DNA from: Candidatus Melainabacteria bacterium 17Bon1m
GTDB taxonomy: Bacteria > Cyanobacteriota > Vampirovibrionia > Obscuribacterales > Obscuribacteraceae
NCBI GenBank assembly: GCA_032128875.1
Contig: JAVLKG010000014.1
Location: 1-64,000 of the forward strand
DNA: 64,000 nt
Reading direction: 5' to 3'
Below are positions 8,986 through 19,390 of this stretch, piece by piece (the stretch's first letter is position 1; each line of letters begins with the position of its first letter). The notes below the pieces were generated by a model, which worked only from the letters and a program-made list of their open reading frames with translations, ran no database searches and was not told where the DNA came from. Both the position numbers and the translations under genes were made by a program.

Positions 8986-10314
8986 ATGGATGCGAGCATA
9001 ATTAGATCCTTTGTGAGCAATAGAGAAAGTAGAATCGTTGTCGTCCCGATAGCGTCGGTCATTGTGTTTTCCGCTGCATCGCAAATGATGTTGGCTGACA
9101 ACCTATTTCAAACCCAACCAACTGTGTTGAATCCTTGTGCCTATAGGTCCTGGAGCAGGGGCATGTCCAGTCGAAAAACGAAAGAGGAGCCGCTGGGGCA
9201 GACGCAAAGCGAACAACCATCGCAAACATCGGCGCCGTCTACAGCGTCCCTGCAAGAGTCATCTACACAGCATGCAAAAGTTTTTCAAGTTGACGGCATG
9301 CCTATTGATCGCCGATTGGAGTTTCATCAGCGAGGATCGTATGCGCAGCGATATTGGCCTACACCAATCAAGGCAATAGGCTTTAAGTGCGAGGACTTAC
9401 CTGTACTTCCGCGCATTTCGTTGATTGCATTTTCTCAGCAGAATGCCGACCGTATTGTGCAAAAACCACCAGAACAAAAGTCGTTTCCAAAGGAATTAGA
9501 TCCGCAATTATGGCAAGAATTAGAACGTGCCCGAAAACCTCACGCAAAGGCAGTTCTACTCTATGCCGCCGGACGAATAAAGCATTCTTTTAATGCTTGC
9601 GAAGACGCGCTAAGTGCTTACGATAGCGCGCTATGTACACTTGACGCAAAATGTCAAAATAGTGCGATCGATAAGTTTGTGAAGGCTGACAACAACAAAG
9701 TTGTTAGACTGCATGAGCTTGTCCGCCATCTTATTCAGTTTCAAGAGCTTGATGAGTCTTTTTTGTTTTCTTCATACCAAGCGTCGGAAAACCTGCCGCT
9801 TACAAAAAAACTTTCGCCCGGCGTTCCGCGTAAATTCACGTTTGAAGAGGGCGTGGCGCGATACGACGATAAGTCTGCACCAATAGACAGAATGAAAAAG
9901 ATGACCGTTTACTATTGGCCGAAACCACTAAGTGAGATTGGCTGTCCTTCGCTTGATCTGCCAATCCTGGATGATAGAAACGTCGATCAGCTTATTGGGT
10001 TGAATGTTGAGGAATCTGTCCTTGAGCTGGTCGAGCCAATCACGAACAATGGGCGCATTGAATCAGGAAATTGGAAGAACCTTGCGTATGCGCGCAGTAT
10101 CTATGCAAAGGCTTTGATTTTGTATATGAATGAGCAGTTCGTATCAGCGCGCACGGCGGCACACATTGCACGGCGCGCATATAATCACTTACGTACTGAG
10201 ATCTTAAGAAAACATCGCGATCAGAGCCTTCTGAAATTTGTTGAGCAAGAGACGCAGCGTGTAGAGAATATAGATAAATTAGTCGACGTTGAACTGACTT
10301 GGGCTAGATCTTAA
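8986..10314 (+). CDS. Hypothetical protein with an internally duplicated domain
   Basis: 442-aa ORF; YWPTPIKAIG..DLPVL repeated as YWPKPLSEIG..DLPIL. Confidence 0.65.
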   Translation: MDASIIRSFVSNRESRIVVVPIASVIVFSAASQMMLADNLFQTQPTVLNPCAYRSWSRGMSSRKTKEEPLGQTQSEQPSQTSAPSTASLQESSTQHAKVFQVDGMPIDRRLEFHQRGSYAQRYWPTPIKAIGFKCEDLPVLPRISLIAFSQQNADRIVQKPPEQKSFPKELDPQLWQELERARKPHAKAVLLYAAGRIKHSFNACEDALSAYDSALCTLDAKCQNSAIDKFVKADNNKVVRLHELVRHLIQFQELDESFLFSSYQASENLPLTKKLSPGVPRKFTFEEGVARYDDKSAPIDRMKKMTVYYWPKPLSEIGCPSLDLPILDDRNVDQLIGLNVEESVLELVEPITNNGRIESGNWKNLAYARSIYAKALILYMNEQFVSARTAAHIARRAYNHLRTEILRKHRDQSLLKFVEQETQRVENIDKLVDVELTWARS

Positions 10315-10357
10315 GTCCACGTTGGAATCAGATATTTGCAAAATCTCCAAAAACTAC

Positions 10358-10379
10358 GGCGCGTGCAACGCGCCCCCAC
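10358..10379 (-). repeat. REP-like palindrome (GTGG class)
   Basis: GTGGGGGCGCGTTGCACGCGCC; same element at 15615-15637 and 32448-32470. Confidence 0.8.
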
Positions 10380-10471
10380 GCTTTTTTCCCTATATAAATA
10401 AAGAAACAAAGTAATCATCTATACGCGGGATTTGCGAACGGGCTCTACGTAACGGTTTGCGCAAAGAACGG

Positions 10472-10500
10472 TTGACACGGTTCCGTTCTAAACACAGAAT
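10472..10500 (+). promoter_or_regulatory. sigma70-type promoter for the leu leader and leuA
   Basis: TTGACA-17 bp-CAGAAT ending 6 nt before the leader ATG. Confidence 0.6.
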
Positions 10501-10506
10501 GTTTGC

Positions 10507-10587
10507 ATGCAAATGAATTTGGCTACCGCACTACTGCTGTCCCTGGGTCTCGACCTGGGCAACCTGCTGTTGAGCGAAATAACGTAG
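10507..10587 (+). CDS. leuL: Leucine attenuator leader peptide
   Basis: MQMNLATALLLSLGLDLGNLLLSEIT*; 10 of 26 codons are Leu; directly upstream of terminator and leuA. Confidence 0.85.
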   Translation: MQMNLATALLLSLGLDLGNLLLSEIT

Positions 10588-10647
10588 ACGAAGCCAGCTT
10601 CATTCAGCTTTATCTGGGCTTCGTCTTCGACGGAGCCCTTTCTGTTT
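10586..10647 (+). terminator. leu attenuator (antiterminator and intrinsic terminator)
   Basis: Antiterminator agacgaagccag (10586-10597) / ctgggcttcgtct (10614-10626); terminator gggcttcgtc-ttc-gacggagccc (10616-10638) then tttctgttt. Confidence 0.85.
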
Positions 10648-10716
10648 ATCCGGGAAACTTCCAAAATCGGGCGATGCATGGCATCGACCCTACGCAAAAA
10701 ACCTCCAGGGGGCATC

Positions 10717-12426
10717 ATGATTCAAAATCCACAAGCGATTCTTCGCTGTGAGCAAGAGCGTCAGATCAAGGTTTTTGATACGACACTCCGCGACGGGCAA
10801 CAGTGCCCCGGCGCTGGAATGGACTTCGAGCAAAACATTGAATATGCGCGTCTGGCATCGATGCTCAGAGTGGATATTTTGGAAGCCGGCTTTCCGTCTG
10901 CCAGCAGCACCGATTTCAAAATTGTTCAAACGATCGCCGAAGAGATGCTTCATATGGAGCACATGCCGATTGTTGCCGCTCTTTGCCAGCTTCGTGAAGA
11001 GCAGGTGATCAAAACTATTGAATCTCTGGCACCTGCAATTCCTCGTGGCAAAGCTCGTTTGCATACATATGTTCCTGTTGATCCCGAACTCATGCCCGCA
11101 TCCCTTGGACGCAACGCCGACAATAAAGCGGGCATCGCCGATGACGTCTACAGGCTCATCTCCATGGCTGTTGCGGCAGGTATGGAAGTGCAATTCAGCC
11201 CCGAAGGTTACTCTCGTATGCGTGAAAACTTCGATTTCGTAACTGAATGCATTCGTGCTGCTGTTGCCGCGGGTGCGACTATCATCAATTGCCCCGACAC
11301 AATCGGAGGTGCTTGCTCACTGGAAGGAGAAGATTACTTCGTCGCAAAGATGCGCCGTCACGCAGAAATTATCGAACGTGAATTCCCGGACAAAGACATT
11401 ACTTGGTCGGTACATTGCCACAACGATCTTGGTCTTGCGGTACCGAATACAATCAATGCGGTTTTCGACGGACCTGCCCGACAGATTGAAGGCTGCATCA
11501 ACGGCATCGGCGAGCGCGCGGGCAACGCCTCTCTCGAACAATGCATCATGATCATTCGCCAGTTTGGTGAGCGCCAGCAAGTCGGGGAGCCTTTCTTCAC
11601 AGGCATTGCTGCAGAGAAGATTCAAGCAATCTCAGATTTTGTTAATCAACACATGTTGCCACGCCAGCCGCATTGGCCTGTTAGTGGTGACAACGCTGCA
11701 AGGCATTCATCCGGTGGTCACACCAATGCGATTCTCAAAAATCCAATGGCGTATCAACCGTTTGATCCAGGTGATATCGGCAAACGTATCACCATGTTGT
11801 TTGGTCCACTCAGTGGAGGAAATCATGCGAAGTCGATCATCGAAGACTATGGATACGTCTGTACGGATGCCGAGAAAGCGGCGATTGCACAGTACATCAA
11901 AGACAAATTCAGCGAAAGACGCAAAGGCGTCACCGATGAAGAACTCATGGGCGCGTATTTTGAATACAGAAAGCCTATTTCGATCGATCGCATCGATTAT
12001 GGTAAGAATGCAAATCGCGCCTCGGTAAGACTGCACGGACGCTTCTTCGACCGTCAAGGTGAAATACAAGAAGAGCACCTTGGAAGAGACTCGGCTCTCG
12101 CCGCTGTGAAGCGTGCAATTGAAGACAAGTTTGGATTCATCGAAATTTTGTCTCACCAGAGCCGTTCAGAAGGCGCTGGGATAAACGCAAACAGCCGATC
12201 GCGCATTGTTATCACTGCGCCCAATGGAAAGCAGTACGAGGGCGATGGTGTCGATCAAGACATTGAAGTTTCGGCAATGCGCGCGCTAATTGATGCAACT
12301 AATAGAGCCTATATAGATCAACATTTCTCTAAAGATGGAAATGTGAACAACGGTTCTATGAATAGTTCTATGAATGGAGGACCAGTTGGAAAAGCTCATG
12401 CTACGCCGGTTTCCCGTGCATCGTGA
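10717..12426 (+). CDS. leuA: 2-isopropylmalate synthase
   Basis: FDTTLRDGQQ, HCHNDLG, NGIGERAGNA; C-terminal regulatory domain; Leu-rich leader upstream. Confidence 0.9.
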   Translation: MIQNPQAILRCEQERQIKVFDTTLRDGQQCPGAGMDFEQNIEYARLASMLRVDILEAGFPSASSTDFKIVQTIAEEMLHMEHMPIVAALCQLREEQVIKTIESLAPAIPRGKARLHTYVPVDPELMPASLGRNADNKAGIADDVYRLISMAVAAGMEVQFSPEGYSRMRENFDFVTECIRAAVAAGATIINCPDTIGGACSLEGEDYFVAKMRRHAEIIEREFPDKDITWSVHCHNDLGLAVPNTINAVFDGPARQIEGCINGIGERAGNASLEQCIMIIRQFGERQQVGEPFFTGIAAEKIQAISDFVNQHMLPRQPHWPVSGDNAARHSSGGHTNAILKNPMAYQPFDPGDIGKRITMLFGPLSGGNHAKSIIEDYGYVCTDAEKAAIAQYIKDKFSERRKGVTDEELMGAYFEYRKPISIDRIDYGKNANRASVRLHGRFFDRQGEIQEEHLGRDSALAAVKRAIEDKFGFIEILSHQSRSEGAGINANSRSRIVITAPNGKQYEGDGVDQDIEVSAMRALIDATNRAYIDQHFSKDGNVNNGSMNSSMNGGPVGKAHATPVSRAS

Positions 12427-12490
12427 TGCGACGAATGTGGCGGTGAATTGGGCCATTGTTGTTTAAAGAATACATCTCTGCAACAAAGGG

Positions 12491-12518
12491 TTGACGACTC
12501 AGCGCCATGAAGTATCCT
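12491..12518 (+). promoter_or_regulatory. Possible sigma70 promoter of the ilv-leu operon
   Basis: TTGACG-16 bp-TATCCT. Confidence 0.4.
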
Positions 12519-12613
12519 GGTAATACGCGCAGGTCACTTGCGCTTCTTCCAGAAACATCTAATTACTGAAGGGCTGAAAAACCAGCCCCGATGAGCCTTC
12601 AAGGAAAATCTTA

Positions 12614-12697
12614 GTGTCCGCTAACGTACTGCAAGTCGTGATTATTCTGAACCTGGTGCTGATTATTCTGCACACCGGGAGCGGACCGCTTGCATAG
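12614..12697 (+). CDS. ilvL: ilv operon leader peptide
   Basis: GTG start 8 nt after AAGGA; MSANVLQVVIILNLVLIILHTGSGPLA*; 4 Val, 4 Ile, 6 Leu in 27 aa. Confidence 0.88.
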   Translation: MSANVLQVVIILNLVLIILHTGSGPLA

Positions 12698-12753
12698 TTA
12701 GGGATAACCAAACTACTGAGCCCCGCACCCGGAATACACGGTGCGGGGTTTTT
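12675..12753 (+). terminator. ilv attenuator (antiterminator and intrinsic terminator)
   Basis: Terminator agccccgcacc (12719-12729) / ggtgcggggtt (12740-12750) then T-run; antiterminator ccgggagcgg (12675-12684) / ccgcacccgg (12723-12732). Confidence 0.85.
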
Positions 12754-12815
12754 GTCTTAGGTGCCCTTTTCGACTGAACGTTCGGTCAACAAAAGAAAAA
12801 GAGAGAAGCGAAAAA

Positions 12816-14498
12816 ATGTACAGCGACGGAATCAAAAAAGGACCAAATCGAGCTCCCGCCAGAGCTATGTTCAAGGCGACGGGCTTGACTGATGCCGATC
12901 TTGAAAAACCCCTCGTTGCCATAGCAAATACATGGACCGAAGTTGGTCCCTGCAATTTCCACTTGCGCGAACTCGCTGAAAAAGTAAAAGAAGGCGTTCG
13001 CAAGGCGGGCGGCACTCCACTCGAATTCAACACAATCGTTGTATCCGACGGCATCTCCATGGGCACCGAGGCGATGAAAGCATCGCTCGTTTCTCGCGAA
13101 GTTATCGCTGATTCGATAGAGCTTTGTGTTCGCGGCCATATGTTTGACGCAGTTGTCGCGCTCTCTGCTTGCGACAAGACCATCCCCGCCACTCTCATGG
13201 CGCTCGTCAGACTCAATCTTCCTTCCGTCATGCTTTATGGCGGTTCAATCATGCCGGGCCAATACGAAGGTCACGACGTTACAATCCAAGATGTTTTCGA
13301 AGCCGTTGGCGCTTGCGCTGCCGGCCGCATGACAGAAGAGCAGCTCAAACAGATGGAGAACGGCGCTTGTCCAGGCGCTGGAGCTTGTGGTGGACAGTTC
13401 ACAGCCAATACTATGTCCACCGCCGCCACATTTCTCGGCATGTCACCAATGAGCGCAAATGACGTGCCAGCCAAAGATCCCAGAAAGTTTGCCGTAGCCG
13501 AGCGCTGCGGCACTCTTGTAATGGAGCTTCTTCAGAAGGACGTCAGACCATCGTCTATCGTCACTCGTCGCGCATTGGAAAACGCCATTGCATCCGTTGT
13601 TGCCACGGGCGGTTCTACAAATGCAGTTTTGCACCTCCTCGCTATCGCACGTGAAGCTGGTGTTGAGCTCGAACTCGAAGATTTCGATCGCATCTCTGCA
13701 AAAACCCCAATCATCGCCGACCTCAAGCCAGGCGGTCGCTTCACTGCTCCGGACATGGAAACAGCAGGTGGTCAGCGCCTCCTCGCAAAACGTTTGCAAG
13801 ACGCCGGTCTCATAGTCGATGCACCAACCGTTACTGGTCGCAGCCTCTTTGAAGAAGCCGCGGAAGCTGTGGAAGCAGAAGGGCAGCAAGTTTTGACTTC
13901 TGTTGAAAAACCGTTAAAAGCCATGGGCGGCATCGGAATACTTCGTGGTTCCCTCGCACCTGAGGGCTGCGTCGTCAAACTCTCCGGACACAATAGAACC
14001 AACTTCGTTGGACCAGCTCGCGTATTCGACACTGAAGACGCAGCATTTAAAGCCGTTCAGACCGGCGGCATCAAAGCAGGCGACGTTGTCGTAATTCGTT
14101 ATGTCGGACCAAAAGGCGCTCCCGGCATGCCCGAGATGCTCGGCGTTACCGGCGCGATTGTCGGAGCTGGGCTCTCTGATTCCGTTTCGCTCATCACCGA
14201 TGGACGTTTTTCTGGCGCTACTTACGGATTTATGGTTGGACACGTTTCGCCCGAAGCCGCAGTCGGCGGACCAATCGCCCACATCAAAGACGGCGATCAA
14301 ATCGAAATCGACGTAACGAAAAGAAGTATCGACGTGCATGCTGATCTCTCGTCCCGCGAGAAAGATTGGCAGCCGAGAGAGATGGCATACAAAACAGGCG
14401 TCTTCGCCAAGTATGCCAAGCTCGTTTCCTCCGCTTCGCAAGGAGCAGTCACCAACAGTTTTTCCACACCACAACCGGCATTGTCGGTGAAATCGTAG
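12816..14498 (+). CDS. ilvD: Dihydroxy-acid dehydratase
   Basis: [39 protein letters not shown]. Confidence 0.97.
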   Translation: MYSDGIKKGPNRAPARAMFKATGLTDADLEKPLVAIANTWTEVGPCNFHLRELAEKVKEGVRKAGGTPLEFNTIVVSDGISMGTEAMKASLVSREVIADSIELCVRGHMFDAVVALSACDKTIPATLMALVRLNLPSVMLYGGSIMPGQYEGHDVTIQDVFEAVGACAAGRMTEEQLKQMENGACPGAGACGGQFTANTMSTAATFLGMSPMSANDVPAKDPRKFAVAERCGTLVMELLQKDVRPSSIVTRRALENAIASVVATGGSTNAVLHLLAIAREAGVELELEDFDRISAKTPIIADLKPGGRFTAPDMETAGGQRLLAKRLQDAGLIVDAPTVTGRSLFEEAAEAVEAEGQQVLTSVEKPLKAMGGIGILRGSLAPEGCVVKLSGHNRTNFVGPARVFDTEDAAFKAVQTGGIKAGDVVVIRYVGPKGAPGMPEMLGVTGAIVGAGLSDSVSLITDGRFSGATYGFMVGHVSPEAAVGGPIAHIKDGDQIEIDVTKRSIDVHADLSSREKDWQPREMAYKTGVFAKYAKLVSSASQGAVTNSFSTPQPALSVKS

Positions 14499-14562
14499 GG
14501 GCGAAATTCAAGTAGTTTTGGGCATCGCCCAGCGAGAAATTGAACCAATAAAGGAGTAAGAA

Positions 14563-15606
14563 ATGACGACTATGTACTGGGAAAAAGACGCCGACGCCAA
14601 CGCTCTCAAGGGCAAGAAAGTAGCCGTTCTAGGCTATGGCAGCCAGGGACGTGCGCATGCTCTCAATCTGAAGGAGAGCGGTGTTGATGTTGTGGTCGGA
14701 TTGCGCAAAGGCGGCAAGACCTGGCAGCAAGCCGAGCAAGACGGTTTTAAACCGCAAACTCCCGAAGAAGCTGCGAAGTCTGCCGATGTTGTTTGTTTCC
14801 TCTGCCCCGACATGGCGCAGCCCAAGCTCTTCAAAGATGCTGTCGAGCCAAATCTCAAGCCCGGCGCAACTGTCATGTTCGCCCACGGATTTAACATCCA
14901 CTACAAAACCATTCAGCCAAATGCTCAGACCGACGTCATCATGATTGCTCCGAAAGGTCCTGGCGCGCTGGTTCGCCGTCAGTACGAAGAAGGTCGCGGC
15001 GTACCATGTTTGGTTGCAGTACATCAAGACGCTTCAGGCAACGCTTTCAAGACAGCGCTCGCATATGCGCATGCTCTGGGCGGAACCAAAGCAGGCGTCA
15101 TCGAAACTACTTTCCCGGAAGAGACTGAAACCGACCTCTTCGGCGAACAAGCTGTTCTCTGTGGCGGCGTGACAGAACTCGTCGCAGCCGGTTGGCAAAC
15201 ACTCGTCGATGCCGGCTATCAGCCCGAAGTCGCTTACTTCGAATGCTTGCATGAATTGAAACTGATCGTTGATTTGATCTACGAAGGTGGGTTTGCGCGC
15301 ATGCATGAGTTTGTCAGTGAAACTGCGAAGTTTGGCGATCTCACTCGTGGACCACGCGTTGTCGATGACCACGTTCGCGCCACCATGAAGGAAATTCTCA
15401 CCGAAATTCAAAACGGCAAGTTCGCTCAAGAGTGGATCGATGAGAACAAAGGCTCGCGTGATCGTTACAACGAGTTGCTCAAGAAGGATTTAGAACATCC
15501 AATTGAAACCGTCGGCAAGAAAATGCGCGACAACATGAGCTGGCTCAAAGAGAAAGCGGCTGCAGCAAAGCAGGCTGAAAAACAGCCCGTCGGCGCCAGT
15601 AGATAG
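14563..15606 (+). CDS. ilvC: Ketol-acid reductoisomerase
   Basis: [40 protein letters not shown]. Confidence 0.97.
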   Translation: MTTMYWEKDADANALKGKKVAVLGYGSQGRAHALNLKESGVDVVVGLRKGGKTWQQAEQDGFKPQTPEEAAKSADVVCFLCPDMAQPKLFKDAVEPNLKPGATVMFAHGFNIHYKTIQPNAQTDVIMIAPKGPGALVRRQYEEGRGVPCLVAVHQDASGNAFKTALAYAHALGGTKAGVIETTFPEETETDLFGEQAVLCGGVTELVAAGWQTLVDAGYQPEVAYFECLHELKLIVDLIYEGGFARMHEFVSETAKFGDLTRGPRVVDDHVRATMKEILTEIQNGKFAQEWIDENKGSRDRYNELLKKDLEHPIETVGKKMRDNMSWLKEKAAAAKQAEKQPVGASR

Positions 15607-15614
15607 TTGTCCGC

Positions 15615-15842
15615 GTGGGGGCGCGTTGCACGCGCCCAATTGTAGGGGCGATGCCATGCATCGCCCGGTCCACAAAGGAAACTGTAGGGGCGATGCCGTG
15701 CATCGCCCGGTCCGAAAAAAGAATTGTAGGGGCGGCATTAATGCCGCCCGCCGACAACGAAACAAAAGCCGGCGAGCCGCCGGCGCTCCCAGGAAAAACG
15801 AAAAACAAAAGCCGGCGAGCCGCCGGCGCTCCCAGGAAAAAC
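15615..15842. repeat. Mosaic cluster of six REP-like palindromes (BIME-like)
   Basis: GTGG type 15615-15637; GTAGGGGCGATGCC(A/G)TGCATCGCCC at 15642 and 15684; GTAGGGGCGGCATTAATGCCGCCC at 15726; two gccggcgagccgccggcgctcccagg at 15768 and 15811. Confidence 0.9.
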
Positions 15843-15844
15843 AA

Positions 15845-17500
15845 ATGAAGGGTGCCGAAATAGTAATAAGAGCGTTGGAGAAAGAAGGTGTCGACACCGT
15901 CTTCGGATATCCGGGCGGCGCCATCATGCCTCTTTACGATGCGCTCGTAGATTCTAAGTTGAAGCACATCCTCGTCCGTCACGAGCAAGCTGCCGCATTG
16001 GCTGCCGATGGCTACGCGCGTCACAGCGGTCGCGTCGGCGTTTGCTTCGCGACATCCGGTCCTGGTGCCACCAACTTGATCACCGGCATCGCCAATGCTT
16101 TCCTTGATTCCGTGCCGATGGTCGCCATCACTGGACAAGTCGCAACGCCGTTCATCGGCACCGACGCCTTCCAAGAAGTCGACATCTTCGGCATCTCCAT
16201 GCCGGTCGTGAAGCATAGCTTCCTCGTCCGGCGCATCGAAGATTTGGCGAGCACCATCCACGAAGCTTTTCAAATCGCACGCACTGGACGCCCGGGACCT
16301 GTTCTTGTCGATCTTCCAAAAGATATCGCAATCGCTGAGTTGGACATCGTTGCATTCGACGATACGCCAGATGAAACGCCCGCTCGCCCTGATGCGCATC
16401 AGGTTGCAATCGCGCGTCAGATGATCGAAAAGAGTTCAAAACCTCTCGTTTACGCTGGCGGCGGAATCCGCATCGCAGGCGCTACCGGCGAACTTCGTTC
16501 GTTCGTTGACGCCACCGGCATACCTGTGGTTACAACGCTTCAAGGAATCGGTTCCGTTCCTTCCACGCACGAGCTTAACCTCGGCATGCTTGGAATGCAC
16601 GGCACGAAGCAAGCCAACCTCGCCGTTCAAGAATGTGATTTGCTCATTTGCGTCGCCGCGCGTTTTGATGATCGCGTCACCGGTAAGTTGAAAGAGTTTG
16701 CTCCCCACGCCAAAGTCATCCACATGGACATCGATCCGGCGGAAGTGAGCAAGCTCCGCGCTGCCGATTGCTCGATAGTCGGCGACGTCAAAGTTGCGCT
16801 CAATTTTTTGCATGTCCGCCCGCAAATCGACGAGTGGAAAGAGCGCTGCCTCGCCAACAAAGCAGCTTATGAATTTGACTACAGCGTGAAGACCGAACAC
16901 GTTTATGCGCCGAAGATGCTCAGACAATTGAGCGTTCAAGCCGCCGATAAGGAAACCGTCATCTCTTGCGATGTTGGACAACACCAAATGTGGGTCGCCC
17001 AGCACTGCCAGTTTCAATCACCCGAAACCCACCTCACCAGCGGTGGTTTGGGCACGATGGGCTACGGACTTCCCGGCGCAGTCGGCGCCCAACTCGCCAA
17101 TCCCAACGCGCGAGTCATTAATGTCAGCGGTGACGGCTCAATCATGATGAACATTCAAGAGTTCGCCACCATCAAGCGCTACAACTTGCCCGTCAAGATC
17201 GTTCTTTTCGACAATCAAGCACTGGGCATGGTGCGCCAATGGCAAGAACTTTTCTTCAGTGAGCGCTACAGCGAAGTCGATCTCTCCGACAACCCGGATT
17301 TTGCAAAAGTCGCTGAAGCATTCGGAATCCCGGCAATCAAAGTGGATAAGCCAGATCAAGTAGATGATGCAATCAAACAAATTTTGGAAAGCGAAGGACC
17401 ACTCCTTGCGCACGTAATGATAGACCCCCGTGAGAATGTCTGGCCGCTCGTGCCGCCCGGCAAGTCGAATACGGAAATGATGGAGGCTAAAGCAGTATGA
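15845..17500 (+). CDS. ilvG: Acetolactate synthase large subunit (AHAS II-like)
   Basis: [30 protein letters not shown]; followed by an IlvM-type subunit. The upstream in-frame extension is REP DNA. Confidence 0.9.
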   Translation: MKGAEIVIRALEKEGVDTVFGYPGGAIMPLYDALVDSKLKHILVRHEQAAALAADGYARHSGRVGVCFATSGPGATNLITGIANAFLDSVPMVAITGQVATPFIGTDAFQEVDIFGISMPVVKHSFLVRRIEDLASTIHEAFQIARTGRPGPVLVDLPKDIAIAELDIVAFDDTPDETPARPDAHQVAIARQMIEKSSKPLVYAGGGIRIAGATGELRSFVDATGIPVVTTLQGIGSVPSTHELNLGMLGMHGTKQANLAVQECDLLICVAARFDDRVTGKLKEFAPHAKVIHMDIDPAEVSKLRAADCSIVGDVKVALNFLHVRPQIDEWKERCLANKAAYEFDYSVKTEHVYAPKMLRQLSVQAADKETVISCDVGQHQMWVAQHCQFQSPETHLTSGGLGTMGYGLPGAVGAQLANPNARVINVSGDGSIMMNIQEFATIKRYNLPVKIVLFDNQALGMVRQWQELFFSERYSEVDLSDNPDFAKVAEAFGIPAIKVDKPDQVDDAIKQILESEGPLLAHVMIDPRENVWPLVPPGKSNTEMMEAKAV

Positions 17501-17784
17501 GATTTACGCTCGAAGTGACGATGACCAATAGCGAAGGCGCCTTGGAACGCCTGCTTGGACGGCTCCGGCAGCGTGGTTTTGGCATTCTGGCTCTGAATGC
17601 CGATGTCTCAGGCGACTACTCCTCTCTGGGTGCGCGAATTACTGTCGAGAGCATGCGTCCTGTGGAAGCTGCTCTCAAGCAAATCGCGAAACTTTACGAC
17701 GTCGAACAAGTGAAGGTACATCATGCAGAGCAAGAGCATGCAAAACGACAAAACCAGCCAGCAGAACTTTGTTTATCTCTATGA
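17497..17784 (+). CDS. ilvM: Acetolactate synthase small ACT subunit, IlvM-like
   Basis: [13 protein letters not shown] and [13 protein letters not shown] overlap with the large subunit. Confidence 0.8.
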   Translation: MRFTLEVTMTNSEGALERLLGRLRQRGFGILALNADVSGDYSSLGARITVESMRPVEAALKQIAKLYDVEQVKVHHAEQEHAKRQNQPAELCLSL

Positions 17785-19390
17785 CACCACACTGAGAGAT
17801 GGTGCTCAACGCAAAGGCTTGAGCTTTTCTCTCGACGACAAAGTCAAAGTAGCGAAACTGCTTGATGGCTTCCGGGTTCCTTACATCGAAGGTGGATGGC
17901 CGGGTTCCAACCCCAAGGACGCTGAATTTTTCCGCCAGATGCGCGCTAATCCGTTGAGACATTCAACGGTTGTAGCGTTCGGTTGCACACGCAAAGTCGG
18001 CGTGCGCGCCGAAGACGACGCCAATCTCAAAGCCTTGCTCGATGCAGGAACGAGAGCTGCAGCGATTGTGGGGAAAACCTGGAGTCTCCACGTAGAGGAA
18101 GTTCTCAAAACCGACCTCGAAGAAAACCTTAGGATGATCGCGGACAGCGTGCGCTTTTTGAAACAGCACGGCAAAGAAGTAATCTTCGATGCCGAGCATT
18201 TCTTCGATAGTTTTATGGCAGCGCCGGAGTATGCAGTCAAAGTTGCTGGCGCCGCAGTTGAAGCAGGTGCCGACTGGGTTGTACTCTGCGATACCAATGG
18301 ACGCTGCATGCCGAGCGACGTAACGAAAGTAGTCACTTCGATGATGCAAGCGGTACCTGCGCGCTATGGTGTTCACTGCCACAACGATATGGAACTCGCA
18401 GTCGCCAACTCGATCGCCGCTGTTGAAGCCGGAGCGCGTCAAGTTCAAGGAACCATCAACGGATATGGCGAGCGTTGCGGCAACGCCAATCTTGTTTCAC
18501 TAATGCCAACGTTGAAACTCAAGATGGGTTATGACTGTGTACGTGAAGCGGATCTCAAAAAACTCACAGAACTCTCGCGCACCGTGAGCGAAATTGCGAA
18601 TTTGAATCCCGACCCATGCGCTGCATATGTTGGAAGTTCTGCATTTGCGCATAAAGCAGGTTTGCACGTTGCAGCCGTTGAGCGCGTTGCTCATAGTTAT
18701 GAACATTGCGACCCTGCTTTGGTTGGAAACCGCCGCCAGGTGATTGTTTCCGAACTCTCCGGTCGCGGCAATATCCGCATGCTTGCCAATGAAGTTGGCG
18801 TCGGAGTTGTCGGAACCGAAGCCAATGTCCTTGCCAAAGTCAAAGAAATGGAAGGCAACGGCTATCAGTTTGAAAACGCCGAAGGAACGGTCGAATTGCT
18901 CATGCGCAGAGCAGCGCCGGGATACGTCGCGCCGTTCGAAATCGTCGACATGATGGTCGTCGTCTCAGACCGCAACCGCGCCGGAACCAGTGCCGAAGCA
19001 ATGGTGAAGGTAAAGGTTGGCGACGAGAAATTCCACACCGCTTCCGAAGGTCGCGGTCCCGTGCACGCTCTCGACCTTGCCTTGAGAAAAGCTCTGGCGC
19101 CGAGCTATCCACAAATCGAGGGAGTTCGTCTCGCTGACTACAAAGTGCGGATTCTCGATCCTGATCAAGCAACGGACGCCATGACCCGCGTAATCATCGA
19201 AGCCACAAGTGGCGACGATAGATGGTGGACAGTCGGCTGCTCGCAAAACATCATCGATGCAAGCTGCCAGGCTCTCGCCGACAGCTTGGAACTTTACTTG
19301 GCGCGCTCGGCGGCGAACGGTTCGCAACCCGTGAGTATGGAAACTTGCGGCGATGAAGAGTGCACCGCCGTCAAAGTGGAGGTGGCATAA
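17738..19390 (+). CDS. cimA: Citramalate synthase
   Basis: [47 protein letters not shown]. Alternative start 17723. Confidence 0.9.
   Translation: MQNDKTSQQNFVYLYDTTLRDGAQRKGLSFSLDDKVKVAKLLDGFRVPYIEGGWPGSNPKDAEFFRQMRANPLRHSTVVAFGCTRKVGVRAEDDANLKALLDAGTRAAAIVGKTWSLHVEEVLKTDLEENLRMIADSVRFLKQHGKEVIFDAEHFFDSFMAAPEYAVKVAGAAVEAGADWVVLCDTNGRCMPSDVTKVVTSMMQAVPARYGVHCHNDMELAVANSIAAVEAGARQVQGTINGYGERCGNANLVSLMPTLKLKMGYDCVREADLKKLTELSRTVSEIANLNPDPCAAYVGSSAFAHKAGLHVAAVERVAHSYEHCDPALVGNRRQVIVSELSGRGNIRMLANEVGVGVVGTEANVLAKVKEMEGNGYQFENAEGTVELLMRRAAPGYVAPFEIVDMMVVVSDRNRAGTSAEAMVKVKVGDEKFHTASEGRGPVHALDLALRKALAPSYPQIEGVRLADYKVRILDPDQATDAMTRVIIEATSGDDRWWTVGCSQNIIDASCQALADSLELYLARSAANGSQPVSMETCGDEECTAVKVEVA

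Noticed and set aside
15615-15842. Possible CRISPR array, or 73-aa N-terminal extension of AHAS
   Set aside because: Units are of different types; the canonical MKGAE start at 15845 has AGGA upstream and nothing couples translation further upstream.
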